A DNA stretch of 63,843 bases, counting the filler, from Thraustochytrium aureum (taxonomy: Eukaryota), in assembly GCA_012862495.1 (NCBI GenBank). It is 5 parts of 4 records of this genome, joined end to end, with 100 filler letters (N's around TTAATTAATTAA, not from the genome) between each part and the next. Parts side by side here need not be neighbours in the genome. Positions count along the whole stretch, not along the records: positions 1 to 17,809 come from BLSG01000329.1; positions 17,910 to 31,752 come from BLSG01000330.1; 3 more parts are not named here. One strand, 5' to 3'. This document shows positions 11,297 through 23,858 of the stretch, in pieces (the stretch's first letter is position 1; each line of letters opens with the position of its first letter). Below the pieces are notes generated by a model, which ran no database searches, was not told the DNA's origin, and saw only the letters and a list, made by a program, of their open reading frames with translations. The position numbers were made by a program, and so were the translations under genes.

Positions 11297-13761
11297 ATGG
11301 AAGTGGAACATATGGACACGCACGTGGACTTTGACAAGCTATTGCGCGACGCAGCTGCGATGGACGCGGAAGGCGAAGCCGCCAACCTGAAAAGCCAGGG
11401 CAAGGACGAAGCGGAGATTGAGAGCCTCGCCGTGGACGAATCGCTGTCGGAATTGGAGAGGCTTCACTTGCTGTTGCGGAGCGAGCATGAGGCGCAGAGG
11501 GCGGCAGTTTGGGCGCTGCTGCCCAGTTACCTCCGCGACGCCCAAGAGGCTGCTCTGCAGGAGGCTATTGTGACCGCTACGTTTGAGGCGGTCGAGGGTG
11601 ACCTGTCCGCTGCGTTTCAGGCCGAGGAAGCGACTCGGGTGGCCGCGATAGAAAAGCTCGTCCAGATGTGCAGTTCGCTCGTCTCGGTGCGGTCGCGCCA
11701 GGCCGTGGTGGATGCGCTCATGCGACTTGCACAAGTGGCATCAAGAAATACTTCCTACGGATCGACCAGCTCGGCGGACGTGGAGCGGTGCCAGTCTGCC
11801 CTCGCTGCGATTGCGGCGGTGATCCGAGCCCCCGCGCTCAGTGACGCAGACCGAACGACCTTGCTCGGCTCGCTCGTGGAGCGCTGCACCGAAAGCATTG
11901 CATCGGTGTCCTCTTGCGGGTCGCGAGCGCTCGGGGCGCGGCTGGTAGGTGTTGTCGCGCGCTGCGCCGTGGACGTGTCGGCCGAGACCGCGACGACTGG
12001 CCCGCGCAGGACGCTACTCGAACCCTCCGCACGGACCGCCTTGCTAAAGGGGGTCGCGCAGCTCTGCAAGACGTAGACCCGGAGGTTCGCGCCGCGGCTT
12101 GCGAGCAGATGGGACCGCTCGCAGCCGCGCTTGAGCCCGAGGTATTCTGCGGCGCTCTCCTTGCAGAGCTGGTCGAGCTCTCGCGCGACGAGGAGCCCGA
12201 GGTTCGCGCAGCAGTCCTCGGCTCGCTCGTGCAGGTCGCGCAGCACGTGTCGGAGGAAACTTGCGTCGGGGACATTGCCCCGCTGTACCTCTCGCTGCTC
12301 GAGTCGGACGAGTCCCGCGCCGCACTTGAGGACGCTGCGCGGGACAGCGGAGGCGATCGCGCTCTGGCGCTGGCCGCGGCGCTCTTGCGGCCGATGGGGC
12401 CCGTCGTCTTTGGGCTCCGCGGCCAGGCAAAGGCTCAGCTAGGCGTGAACGACAGCCCGCTCAGCCGGCTCGTGACGCACTATGTCGCCCTCAGCTCGAG
12501 CGAGCTGGCCGAGGTGCGCGCTGCGTGCGCTTTCAACTGGCCCGCAGTCGTCAAGACTGTTGGGGGCGCCAACTATGCCAAGCGACTCCACAGCACGCTC
12601 GAGCAATTTGCTCAGACCCGTGCGACGCCGTGCGAGTCGCGGTGGCCGCAAGCCCTCCACCACGTCGCTGCGGTCCTTGGCAAGCCTCGCATGGTGCAGT
12701 ACGTAGCCCCGCGACTGTTCCCGTCTCTCTTGGCAGACCGGTCCGCAGAGGTCCGAGGCAGCCTTCTCGACGACTTGAGCGCAACGCTAGAGTCGTTTGC
12801 GGTCGCGGACGAGGCGCAGCGCGCCAAGGTGTTCAAATCCCTGGCCGGGCCCGTTCTCGAGTTTCTTCTCCCGGAGCAGCGCGAGTCGTTTCGGCAATGG
12901 CGAACGAGGCTTCGCTGCGTCGAGACGCTGCCGCTCGTCCACGACCACTTTGCGCCCGAGACCACTGATGAGGTCTGCGTCCCTCGTCTACTGGCACTTA
13001 TGCGAGATGCCGGGGAGCCCCTGCGTGAAGCGGCCTCTTCGGCGTTGAGCTGGATCATGAGCCGCAACCCGTGCACGCGCCAAAAAGTGCACCTTATTCA
13101 CGACGTCAAAGGCGAGTTTTGCAGGGGCCACTCGTGGACCGCGCGGAAACTGTTTGTCGGGTTTGTTGCGTCCGCGGGGCGCAACTTTGAGCCGGCATTC
13201 ATGCAAAAATACCGCCTTGGCGAGGCCGTCCTCGACCTCATCGAAGACAAGGTTCCCAACGTGCGATTGCGGGTTTGCTCTGGCCTGTTGGACCTCGTCG
13301 GCACCGGCGTTGTCGAGGGTGCGGCGGCGTTGGCGGCTATTTTGCGCCAGCTCCCGCTCGAGGACGACACAGACGTTCGCGCGAGTGCGGCGAGCGCGGC
13401 GGCAGCCTTGAGCGCGATGCCAGGCGTGCTTGAAGGCGCCAACACAGCCAAGGCTGGAGCTGCTGCGGGCTCTGCATCTTCGCGCAACACGGCCGACCCT
13501 GGGTCGGGCAAAGCAAAGCCACGAAGTCCGAGGACGCCAGCGGGGGGTTCGTTGCAATTCAAGCCGATGGGGCCGCGCACAGGGAACGAGGGAGTTGGCG
13601 TCAAGAACGGTGGCCTGTCGCGGATCGGCTCTGGTGCGTTGACAAGTCATGGGAGCGCCTCAAACTTATCCAGCCTTGCGCGAGCACGCCGGCCAATGTT
13701 TGGAACGAGCGGGAGTACTCAGCAAAGCCCGCGGGTCAGGAGCCACCTTAAAGGCACCTAG
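11297..13761 (+). CDS. PPP4R4: Protein phosphatase 4 regulatory subunit 4-like HEAT-repeat protein; frameshift near 12068 and a compensating pair near 12612-12652
   Basis: EAEIESLAVDESLSELERLHLLLRS resembles the PP4R4 N-terminal motif (EEIERLTVDEDLSDIERAVYLL). HEAT repeats: QDVDPEVRAAAC, DEEPEVRAA, EVRAACAFNWPAV, EDKVPNVRLRVC. Confidence 0.75.
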
Positions 13762-14524
13762 GTCGAGTGGGGGGGGCGGCTTGTTCCTGCTTGCGCGCTC
13801 TTGAGAAAAGGATTTTGTCACTCTGCGTTATTGGTTACAAGCTCGTTGCCTTGCGTTTGGCNNNNNNNNNNNNNNNNNNNNNNNNNNNNNNNNNNNNNNN
13901 NNNNNNNNNNNNNNNNNNNNNNNNNNNNNNNNNNNNNNNNNNNNNNNNNNNNNNNNNNNNNNNNNNNNNNNNNNNNNNNNNNNNNNNNNNNNNNNNNNNN
14001 NNNNNNNNNNNNNNNNNNNNNNNNNNNNNNNNNNNNNNNNNNNNNNNNNNNNNNNNNNNNNNNNNNNNNNNNNNNNNNNNNNNNNNNNNNNNNNNNNNNN
14101 NNNNNNNNNNNNNNNNNNNNNNNNNNNNNNNNNNNNNNNNNNNNNNNNNNNNNNNNNNNNNNNNNNNNNNNNNNNNNNNNNNNNNNNNNNNNNNNNNNNN
14201 NNNNNNNNNNNNNNNNNNNNNNNNNNNNNNNNNNNNNNNNNNNNNNNNNNNNNNNNNNNNNNNNNNNNNNNNNNNNNNNNNNNNNNNNNNNNNNNNNNNN
14301 NNNNNNNNNNNNNNNNNNNNNNNNNNNNNNNNNNNNNNNNNNNNNNNNNNNNNNNNNNNNNNNNNNNNNNNNNNNNNNNNNNNNNNNNNNNNNNNNNNNN
14401 NNNNNNNNNNNNNNNNNNNNNNNNNNNNNNNNNNNNNNNNNNNNNNNNNNNNNNNNNNNNNNNNNNNNNNNNNNNNNNNNNNNNNNNNNNNNNNNNNNNN
14501 NNNNNNNNNNNNNNNNNNNNNNNN

Positions 14525-15864
14525 AGCGGGGCCGCGCGTGGGGTCGGCCTTGGCGAGCTCTTCCTTGATGCGCACTTCGTTGGTCCTGTAGGCCTCGGGC
14601 AGAAGGTTCCGCGTCTCGTCGTCAAACTGGTACGTCGGCATGGCCTCGGGGTCGTCGTCCGGGCCTTGCCCGGGAGCACGAAGAGATTGTGCTGCTGCCA
14701 GTTGGCCAGGTCGAGCAGCGAGCTGCGCACGTCCTCGGTCTCGTAGTTGGAGAGGAGCGCGCCGCGGAACAGCGGAACGCTGCACAGCGCGGACAGCAGG
14801 ACGTTGGCGAGGTTTTCGTAGTTGACAAAGGTCTGGTTCTGCCAGCTGCTGAGCAGGTCGGTGGGCTGGAGCGAGCGTGTCTTTGGGTCGGCGAGCTTGG
14901 CCTGCATCGAGAACAGGCCCGAGACAACCTTCATTTCGTTGAAGAGGACGTCCTTGAGCAAGTTGCCCAAGCGGCTCAGCTTTTCGCGCGACGCGCGACG
15001 AGTGTACCCGCGGTATGCGTAGTCGCGCGCTCGGTGCAGGTCCTCTCGCGTGGTCAGGAGGAGGCGGAAGAGGCGGTCGTGCGAGATCGCCCGCATCCCG
15101 CTCTGGAGCGGCAGCGCCGCGTTCAGCCAGACCTCCTTCTTCTGCAGCAGCTCTAGGTACCGCATGCGGCGCTCGATCTGCTTGTAGGTCGCCTGCTCAA
15201 AGATGCTGGCGCTCCGGAGCCAGTTGGTCGCCCACAGCTTGAGCTCGTGCAGCGTGAGGGCGAGCGGCGTGATGTGCTCGCGCTTCTTGCGCAAGACCTT
15301 GCCAAGCGGCACCGACCCGTGCCTCACGCGCAGGTCGCCAGCCTGCGCCGAGCAGACATGGCTCACCAACGACTCGGCGATTGCCGCCAGGAAGCGGTCC
15401 TGGCTCTGGCCTCGAAAGTGGTCCTTCCAGTGCGCAAAGTCTTTGCTGGCCACGAAGCTGGCGTAGTCCTTGAAGGGCACGTTTTTCGGCTCCTTGCCTT
15501 CCCCGTTCACTGACCGAAGCACGCTGTCAGCCGGGAGGAAGGCCTCGGCGTCGCGCGAGGGCATCGCGGTGGCCACCTCTTCGTTCTCGCCAGCCTCGCC
15601 GCCCTCTGCGGGGCCGCCCTGCCCCGTGCCGCCGCCCTTCTCGCCGGCGGCTGCGCTGGCGCTGACGCCGCCGACCATGTCCACGAAAGTCTCGCTTTGT
15701 GCAAGGTTCATCAGGTCGCCAGCGCGCGCCTCGTCGTCGTCATCGAGCGTCTCGACAAGCGCGGCCTTGTAGCTCTGGTGAACGCGTTTCATCTGCTGGA
15801 TCTCATTGCTCTTCCACTTGTTCGGCGGTGCGCCGAGCAGCGTGGACGAGTCCGGCAGGCCCAT
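14525..15864 (-). CDS. Hypothetical protein; start uncertain, frameshift near 14665, 3' end in gap
   Basis: About 400 codons of open frame with coding-like composition. No family recognised. Confidence 0.55.
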
Positions 15865-16599
15865 TTCGGCGCCTCGGCCTTCTCCGTGTCGACGATACCT
15901 CCCTGCGCGCCTCCCTTCCCCCCGCCGCCGCCGCCGCCGCCGATGCCGCCGCCGCCGGCCTCTTCCACGCACCGCAAGCGCGCCGAAAACCGCACCGCCA
16001 GCGCGCTCCAGCACGCCCTCGGGCGCTCGCCGGTCCCGTGGCGGTCGCCTGCGCCCTTGCGGCTCTGCTCGCTCGCTCGCTCGCTCGTCCGCCTGCCTGC
16101 CTGTTCGCTGTCGCGCCCACTCCACGGCACACAACGCACACCTCTTGACGGCCGTGCAACTCTTGAATCGAAAAAGGGGACCCGCACAACCTATTAGATA
16201 CAGGAAGGGAGGGGCGCGCGGAAAGCAAGCGGGTTCCCTTCCTTAAAATCGCTGTGGAGCAGCGAAGGGAGGGAACAGGACGGGCTCGCTCGCTTGACGG
16301 TGTGCGAGCGGTCTGAACTGGAGCAGCCATTGGTGATGGATGATGCCTCGATGATCAATCATCAGCCTCGTGAGATCATCAATGCGTTTGCATCACCATC
16401 GATCGTCGTCCTTCGAAGTTTATCGATCATCGGCGAAGAGAAGAGGAGCTTCAAGTTGACGGCATCCCTGGGCTGCTGCCGCTCATCCCCAGGCAGCAGA
16501 TCCCCATCGCGAGCGTGCGGAAGGCGCCGAGTCGAGCGGGGCAGGGACTGGCTCGGGCGAGTTGGCAAGGGAGTGATTGGTACTCTACTCACTGGGGTG

Positions 16600-17809
16600 A
16601 TGACGATGCTCGGCGTCGTGGACGCCCTTGGGCGCGCTTGCGGCGTCGAGCTGGACGAGGAACAGCAAGCGACGGCGGTGAAGGCCGCATGGACGGTCGT
16701 GGTGGGCGGCGCGCTGGCTGCGCTGGCCGTTCGCGCGATCCGCAAGAGGAAGGAAGCCAAGCTGCAGGCCAAGGCGGCGAGGCTGCAGACGAGCGCCCAG
16801 GCGGAGCGCGACGCCACCCTGGTCCGCGAGCAGGCCGAGGGCAAGATCTACAGAGGGCTGCGCGTGATTGACCTCGCAACGCACATCGCGGCCCCGTCGG
16901 CCGCTCGCGTCCTGGGCGACCTCGGCGCCGAGGTGATCAGGTCGAGATGCCGACAGGGGACTTGTTGCGCAACGTGATGGCTGCTTTTGAGAAGCCGCGC
17001 ACCTCGGGCACCGTTTTCGAGACGCAAAACGTCTCCAAGTCGGGCATGCAGCTCGACCTGAAGCGCCCGGAGGACCTCGCCGCCCTACGAGCGCTGATGG
17101 CTGAGGCGGACGTTTTCATTGTCAACACCAGAGACGCCAGTCTGCGACGCCTCGGGCTCGACTACCTCGCGGTGCACTACGACTTTCCGCACCTGATCTA
17201 CGCCCAAGTCAGCGCCTGGGGGCTGCACGGGGAGGACGCGGGGCTGCCTGGGTATGACGTCGGCGCGTTTTGGTCGGCGACCGGCATGGCTGCGACGACC
17301 AACGAAACCGACTCATTCTCAACCTATCCAGGTGGGCTGGGCGACCAAACCACCGCGCAGTTTCTCCTTGCCGGCATCCAAGTCGCGCTCCTTGAGCGGC
17401 TGCGCACGGGCCGCGGGCGCAAGGTCGAGACCTCGCTGCTGCACACTGGGTCCTGGGCCATGGCGCCGTTGGTCCTCGAGAGCGAGCGGGAGAAGGACGG
17501 CGTGCCCCCGGACTATGAGGGCGGCCGCCCCGCGCGTAAGCTCGTCGACAATATTTACGACACCAAAGACGGCGAGAACCTGGCGATCACGTATCGCGGC
17601 CCGTACAGCGCAGAGGAGGCCGCTGCCAGCGAGCTCCGCAAGGCGATCGGGGCTGACGCGGCAGCAGGCTATGAAGAGATTTGGGGCGCCATCGCCGAGA
17701 TGCCCGCCGCCTCCCTGGAAGCCGCGCTGGCCAAGACCGAGCACCTCGAGGCGACACGGTACACGACCATGGTCGAGTCGTGGGACAGGATCAAGGCGGC
17801 GTTCGCCGA
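16600..17809 (+). CDS. Class III CoA-transferase (CaiB/BaiF family) with N-terminal TM anchor; frameshift near 16939; 3' truncated at scaffold end
   Basis: Motifs GLRVIDLATHIAAPSAARVLGDLGAEVI, KSGMQLDLK, ADVFIVNTR, LGLDY, LIYAQVSAWG, PGYD, and the catalytic-Asp region GLGDQTTA. Confidence 0.9.
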
Positions 17810-17909
17810 NNNNNNNNNNNNNNNNNNNNNNNNNNNNNNNNNNNNNNNNNNNNTTAATTAATTAANNNNNNNNNNNNNNNNNNNNNNNNNNNNNNNNNNN
17901 NNNNNNNNN
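17810..17909. other. Artificial scaffold linker N44-TTAATTAATTAA-N44
   Basis: Six-frame stop 12-mer at 17854-17865 flanked by 44 Ns on each side. Confidence 0.95.
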
Positions 17910-18341
17910 TTCGCGCGAGATGTTTGCGACCACGTCNGTTTTGGACGAGTAGCGGAAAGAGACGAGGAGTGGCCTGGAAAGGTCCACGGTCGACCCGTCC
18001 AAAACCCACGCTGCTGCCATCTCACCCTTGCCGGCGTCGTAGGTGGCCGTATGGCTTTGGAAGGCAGAGTCGCCGCTCGATGCGCGCGCCTCCATTGCGC
18101 ACGTCGCCTGGAACCCCGCGCTCTCGGCGCAGTCCGCCTGAAGCGACTGCAGGTAAATCGCCACGCCGTCTTGGCACATGCCGCTGGGGCTGTTGCCCTG
18201 CATCATAGCGTCGCAGACCTGGGTGGAAAAGTCGGTGTCTTCATCGTTGGTTGCGCTAGCGCACCTCTCCAGGCCGACGACGAGCGTCCACGTTGCCACG
18301 AACGCGAGCCCGACAGCCTTGGCGAACCTCGCTGCACCCAT
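17910..18341 (-). CDS. N-terminus of a putative secreted protein; 3' truncated
   Basis: Signal-peptide-like MGAARFAKAVGLAFVATWTLVVGLERCASA followed by a Cys-containing domain. Confidence 0.5.
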
Positions 18342-19123
18342 TTTCGCGCGTCGTGCGCGCTTTCGCCAACCTCCTGCCGCTCAACCGCCGTGCGCGTCTT
18401 GCTTCTTACGGCTCCGCTCTTCGCTTGCGGCGCCGATCGGTGTCAATTGCGCGACTGGCATCATCTGGGCTCGGTGTGAAAGCAGAGCAACGTTGTCGTC
18501 GTCGTCGTCGTTGTTGTTGTTGTTGTCGGCACAGCGAACACCGCCCAATACCATGCTGATCAGCGCAGCCGAGTTGTCCACGCTCGAACAGCAGGCGTGC
18601 TCGGCCCTTCAAATCGCCACTCTCATGCTGCACATCCATCGCCCGTGTGCAGCGCGGGCTCGAGCGCTGCCCAAGCGGCAGCAAGTCAGCTCCGCGCCGC
18701 ACACCCGCCTCGACTTACTTGAGGGGCTTGCCCGCACATCGCCATCCTCCTCCAAGTGGCGTCCGCGCCGCATGAAGCAGTCAAACTCCAGAAGAATCAA
18801 GATGGCCGCTGCGGCTGCTTCGATCGTGGCTTGCTCGCCGCGAGAGTCGAGCCCGAGCGCGACCATCCTCGAGGCCGTCGAGCCCGGCTGCGATCAGCGC
18901 CGCGATGTTCGACTCCAACGCACCGCGCTCGTCGCGATGGATCGCCGTGTCCGACGCGCCTTGCACGCTGTCCGACGCGACTTGCTCGTTGTGCTGTTCG
19001 TGTCCGACGCGGTGTGCTGCGCTGGGGCTTGGTTTGCTCGTCGTCGTGGCGGCGTTGCCACTGGCAGGCTTGGCGACTTCGTGGCGTCCGTGCGTGCGCT
19101 GCGTGCGCTGCGCGGCCGTGGCG

Positions 19124-21233
19124 ATGGCTTCGTTCTCCTCGACTGGCTGCGCACGTCGCGTCGATCGGGAGCGGCTCGAGGCGCTGCGCGCGGCTGTGCA
19201 GGAGGATAGCGTGCCTGACGAGGCCTGGACGCTCCTCGGGCCGCTCTGCGACGACGCCGGGCTGGGCTCGCTGGAAGCGGCCGAGGTGAGTTGGATGCCG
19301 CGGATGCGNNNNNNNNNNNNNNNNNNNNNNNNNNNNNNNNNNNNNNNNNNNNNNNNNNNNNNNNNNNNNNNNNNNNNNNNNNNNNNNNNNNNNNNNNNNN
19401 NNNNNNNNNNNNNNNNNNNNNNNNNNNNNNNNNNNNNNNNNNNNNNNNNNNNNNNNNNNNNNNNNNNNNNNNNNNNNNNNNNNNNNNNNNNNNNNNNNNN
19501 NNNNNNNNNNNNNNNNNNNNNNNNNNNNNNNNNNNNNNNNNNNNNNNNNNNNNNNNNNNNNNNNNNNNNNNNNNNNNNNNNNNNNNNNNNNNNNNNNNGA
19601 AGGCGTGCTCGCCGAGGGAGGCGATTATGATGGTCACGAACGCGTTCTCGCAAGGCCTGGTTGGGTCGTTTCGTGGCAAGGCCTTTGCCGTGCAGATGCT
19701 GAGCGCAAACTTTGGCAGGGTTGCGCAGCAGCAGGCCCGAGTCGCGAGAGCCATTGCTGACAATCACTGGGTCTCCAGCAAGGCGTTTGACTGGGCGTCC
19801 CTTGCCCTAAGGCGATCCGGCCAACCTCAACCACGCCCTCGAGTCAGTCGCGCGACTCATTATCGCTGAAGCAGAAGCCTGCTCGGAGGACAGGGGCTCG
19901 CACATCACCTCGTCGCTGTCCTTGGCTATGGCGTCCGCGTCTTCGAGGCCCTACTAGAGCACGCCAGCTCGAAGCTCGCGCTGCAGAGCGCTGGCGCACG
20001 TGAGCTGGCTGCCACCGTCGCGCGCTGCGCACCAATGACGGTCCCAGACTTTTTGGGGCTTGTGGAGGAACAGCGATCATACAATGAGAGCGTGCAGCGC
20101 CTTGTCGCATCCGATTGGGCGGAGGAGTTTGAAGCCGAGTTTGGCGCTGACCTCGCCGCGCACGGGGTTGCCGAACCAGACGCCGCCGCAAACAACGCGC
20201 CCCCGACAACTGTCGCTGCGTGGCCAGAGCGCGGTATGGCAGGCCTCGCCGTCGCCGGCCTGGCCTTTTCGAGCGCGCTCAGGCCCGGGCTGTCGCTCGC
20301 GCAGCGCGGCGAGCAGCTTCGGCTCTTGGCCCCGAGCGCCGTGACGCTCCTCAATCGGCGCGGCGAGGACGCGGCAGCGAGCGAGAGCGCTGAACTTGGC
20401 CTCGCGCTACTCTCCGCTTGGGCCAAGGGGTTTGGGGAGCCAGGCGCGGTGCAGGACCCAGTCAAGCTTGTTGGCAAGGCGCACGAGTCCTCGCTTTCGG
20501 CCGCAGTTGCAGGGCTTATGGGGTGCGCCGCGGGCCACCCGTCCAGGGCAACGCGGCGCGAGGCCATCCGCGTCACAGGCGAGGTCTTCGCAGCGCTCGA
20601 TCTAGTCGATCGCTTTGCGCGCGTCGAGCACCTGTTTGAGACGAGCGGCCCCGGCGCCAAGAGCTTTTCCGTTAGCTTGCTCAGGCGTGACCTTCTCGCG
20701 ACCTGGGGTGACTCGACGAGTCCGTTCTGCGGGGAGCCGATGGGGGGCTTGCTGACTCGCGCGCTGATCCATGCTCGCGCCGACGATGAGGCGCGCGCAG
20801 ACATGGACGCGCTTAGCTCCCTCCTGCTGCTTGCGCGCGTCGCGCTCGGACGAGCTCGATGCGGGCGACGCCGTTCCCGGAGTGGCTCCTCCGCATCCAA
20901 GGCCAGCTCGCCGCGGTGGCGCGCCGTTTCGGCCTGCTTGCGCAACGCGTGGAAGCCGATGCGAACGCGCGGCTCGCCGAGCTGGAGGCCGACGGACGAA
21001 CCGGCCCAGAGGACGAGGGCGCTGTCGTGTCGCTTCGCGCGCCAATGCAGCAGCATTCGGGCAAAGCGTTGCCAGACTCGGCGGGCGCCGCGGACCAGGC
21101 GCCGCTGGGCATACTAGGAGGGTTGCAGGACGCTGCGGCGGAGCGCGAGATGCTCGTGCGCAGCGTCCTGCAGGCCAACCTGCTCGCCGACGCGGCGGCG
21201 CAGCTAGCGGCTGCGGCTGGACAAGCAACTTGA
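19124..21233 (+). CDS. Glomulin/ALF4/YBP1-family protein; gap and several frameshifts; start uncertain
   Basis: N-terminal VPDEAWTLLGPL resembles glomulin MGWNLVGP. C-terminal MGCAAGHPSRATRREAIRVTGEVFAALDLVDRFARVEHLF...DMDALSSLLLLAR resembles glomulin MTLCPIETLRKKSL...KLDSQGKYTLF...DRIMASLNLLR. Confidence 0.6.
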
Positions 21234-21330
21234 ACGAGGCTCAGGCACGGCGGTGCATTCCTTTTCTCATTCACTTGGCTTAGGTAGAGTAGGGTAAAAT
21301 CGGCTCGGCGGGGACTGTCCGGCCGCGCCG

Positions 21331-23858
21331 TCACTTCATCTCGGCCATCGCTGACGAAACAAAGTCAAATTTGTCTGGCTGCTGCTTGGCCGCTTTTGAC
21401 GAGGAAATCTTGCCGACGGCGCCAGGAGCCGGTCCTGGGCCTGAGCGGGCCTGCCCGGCCGGCTGCTTCATCGGCTGGCCGATTGGCATCATTCCGCCAT
21501 ACACGGGCTGCCCTGCGTTTGGCTGCATCATCATTTGCTGCTGCATCTGCTGCTGCATTTGCATCATTAGCTGCGGGTTTTGCATCATCTGCATCTGCAT
21601 CATCTGCATCTGCATCTGCATCTGCTGCATCTGCTGTTGCTGAGGACTGAGCGCGCCGTTGAACCCGCCCACGTTCCCGTTTTGCAGCTCGCGCAGAGCC
21701 TTGGCCGCGGCTTGCTGGGGCGTGAGGTGCGCCTGATGGTTTGCGACCCCGCCGCTCTTCGGCTCAAACCCGAAACCCGTCGGCGGACTCTGCTTGCTGT
21801 TGCTTGGCTCACCAGTAAAAAGCGCATCCAATGCGTCGCTCGCGTTGTCTTTGCGCTCCTGCTGCATTGGTGCCGGCGAGCTGCCCGAGGCGCCTTGCAG
21901 GAAAGAAAATGCGGTCCCGCTCGACCCGCTCATGGCGGCTGGTTGCGCTGAAGCGGCGTCTGCGCCACTGTCCACCATCAAGCCGGAGAACTGACCGGCC
22001 AGCTCGCCCGACGCGGCGCTGCTGTCCTCGACCACCCCATCGCCGAATAGAAGATCTTCGCTGGCCGACCCCGTGCCTGCGCTGCCCATCGCCGTTGCGG
22101 CGGGCGCCGCCTGCTTTACTTGCAGTTCGCCAAAAAGTCCCGTCGCAGGCGAAGCGGGCGCTGCTGCTGGCGCAAGCGGCGGTGCCGAAGCCACGGCGCT
22201 TTCCGTCTCGTCCCCAAACCCAAGGAGGTCGCTCGCGCCCTGAGCCTCCCCGCGCGTCGCAGTCCCTCCTACAGGTTCCCCGAGTCCGTCAGGCTGGTGG
22301 TCGTTCTCTGGCGCAGCGTCAGTACCGTAGAGCAATACCCAAACCTTCTTGCAGCGGTTGCGCACCGTCGGGTGCCCCGACGCTTGCAGACCTTCCAGCA
22401 CGTCGGCGTGCTCGTCGATATAATCGACGTACGCCTCACTGTCGTCGCCGCCCTGGACAAGAGCCTCGCACACGCACAGTGCCTTGTGCTGCACCTTCCA
22501 GTCACCGCTCAAGAGCTTTTCGTAAACAATGGGCATTACCACGGACGCGTCCAGCGTTTTGCAGGCGCTGATAAACGACGTGAGCTTTTCCTTGGCGGGG
22601 ACCGCCCGAACCCCGCCGCGTGCGCAGAGGTCGTCCACAAGGCCGCGCTCGTAGGTCCCGTCGGAGCGCGCGGCTCCGGCGCTGGCAGCGGACGCTGCGC
22701 GAGGGCTGCGTGGGTCGTTTGAGAACGCGCTGCGCTGGCCAATGACGCCGCCGCCCCCACTGCTACCGCTTGCTGCGCCCCAGCGCGCTGTCGACGCCGG
22801 GACAGCAAACCCGCTGGGGGCGCCACCCATTGAGGAAGCGCCTTGGTAAGACCCTGCGCTGGAGGCGACGCGTTCTGGAAGCCCGAAGTGGCGTCGCTGC
22901 CCCCGCCATTTGCCTTGCTGGTCTTAGAGCCGAGCCATTCTTGAATCCCCGATGTCGCCACTGTCTTGGACGCCTTGTCGGTGTACACTTCGACGCGATC
23001 TTTGACGCGGTCTAGGAACCCCTTCGGTTGGTTGCGCGGGTCGCGAAAGTTCGGGTTGCCAATACCGCCATACTTGGACCCAGACGGAGTCGTGAAGGAC
23101 ATCGCGGACCCTGCTCCGCTGCCGCCGCCGCCCATGGAGGCGGCCCCGCCGTACGACCCAGATTCGGACGGCAAGGCGCGGCCGCCGCCGCCGTACCCTG
23201 AAGTGGCCAGATACCCGTTGGGGCTCGCCGCAGCGGAGCTGTACTCGTCGGAGCCGCTCTCCGGCGCAGGGTTGCCGCCATAGCCCTGGATCCGTGCTGC
23301 GAGCGCGCTGTTGCTTGGGGTCACGTCGCGCGAGTTGTCAAAGATGGCCTCTAGCGCCTCCTTGGCGGCCTCGCGAACGGCCCGGTAAGGCTGGTCGCCC
23401 TTGAGCGGGTCAGCGGGGCCGGTAAACTGCAGGCACTCTTTGATGGCGGCCATGTTGCTCGATCCGCCGTGCATGGCGCGGCGAAATCCGCTCGAGCCGC
23501 GCCTGCAAACATGCTTGATAATGATGAGCACCTTGAGCTTGACCGCNNNNNNNNNNNNNNNNNNNNNNNNNNNNNNNNNNNNNNNNNNNNNNNNNNNNNN
23601 NNNNNNNNNNNNNNNNNNNNNNNNNNNNNNNNNNNNNNNNNNNNNNNNNNNNNNNNNNNNNNNNNNNNNNNNNNNNNNNNNNNNNNNNNNNNNNNNNNNN
23701 NNNNNNNNNNNNNNNNNNNNNNNNNNNNNNNNNNNNNNNNNNNNNNNNNNNNNNNNNNNNNNNNNNNNNNNNNNNNNNNNNNNNNNNNNNNNNNNNNNNT
23801 ATCCCGGCGTTGGGGCGTCCTCGGCGGACGTCGCCTTCATCAACAAGCTCCTGTTCAT
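21331..23858 (-). CDS. TEPSIN: Tepsin (AP-4 accessory protein; ENTH plus VHS/ENTH-like domains); gap 23547-23799 and frameshift near 22840
   Basis: MNRSLLMKATSAEDAPTPGY; VKLKVLIIIKHVCRRGSSGFRR; FTGPADPLKGDQPYRAVREAAKE; second domain YERGLVDDLCARGGVRAVP...WKVQHKALCVCEAL; C-terminal DKFDFV motif. Confidence 0.85.
21523..21642 (-). repeat. Coding low-complexity (ATG/CAG)n tract encoding poly-Q/M in tepsin
   Basis: Translates as QQQQMQQMQMQMQMMQMQMMQNPQLMMQMQQQMQQQMMMQ. Confidence 0.85.

Noticed and set aside
17854..17865. TTAATTAATTAA as a piggyBac TTAA target, PacI-like site or biological palindrome (also at 31797, 60819, 62698)
   Set aside because: Always flanked by exactly 44 Ns on each side, so it is an assembly linker with stops in six frames.
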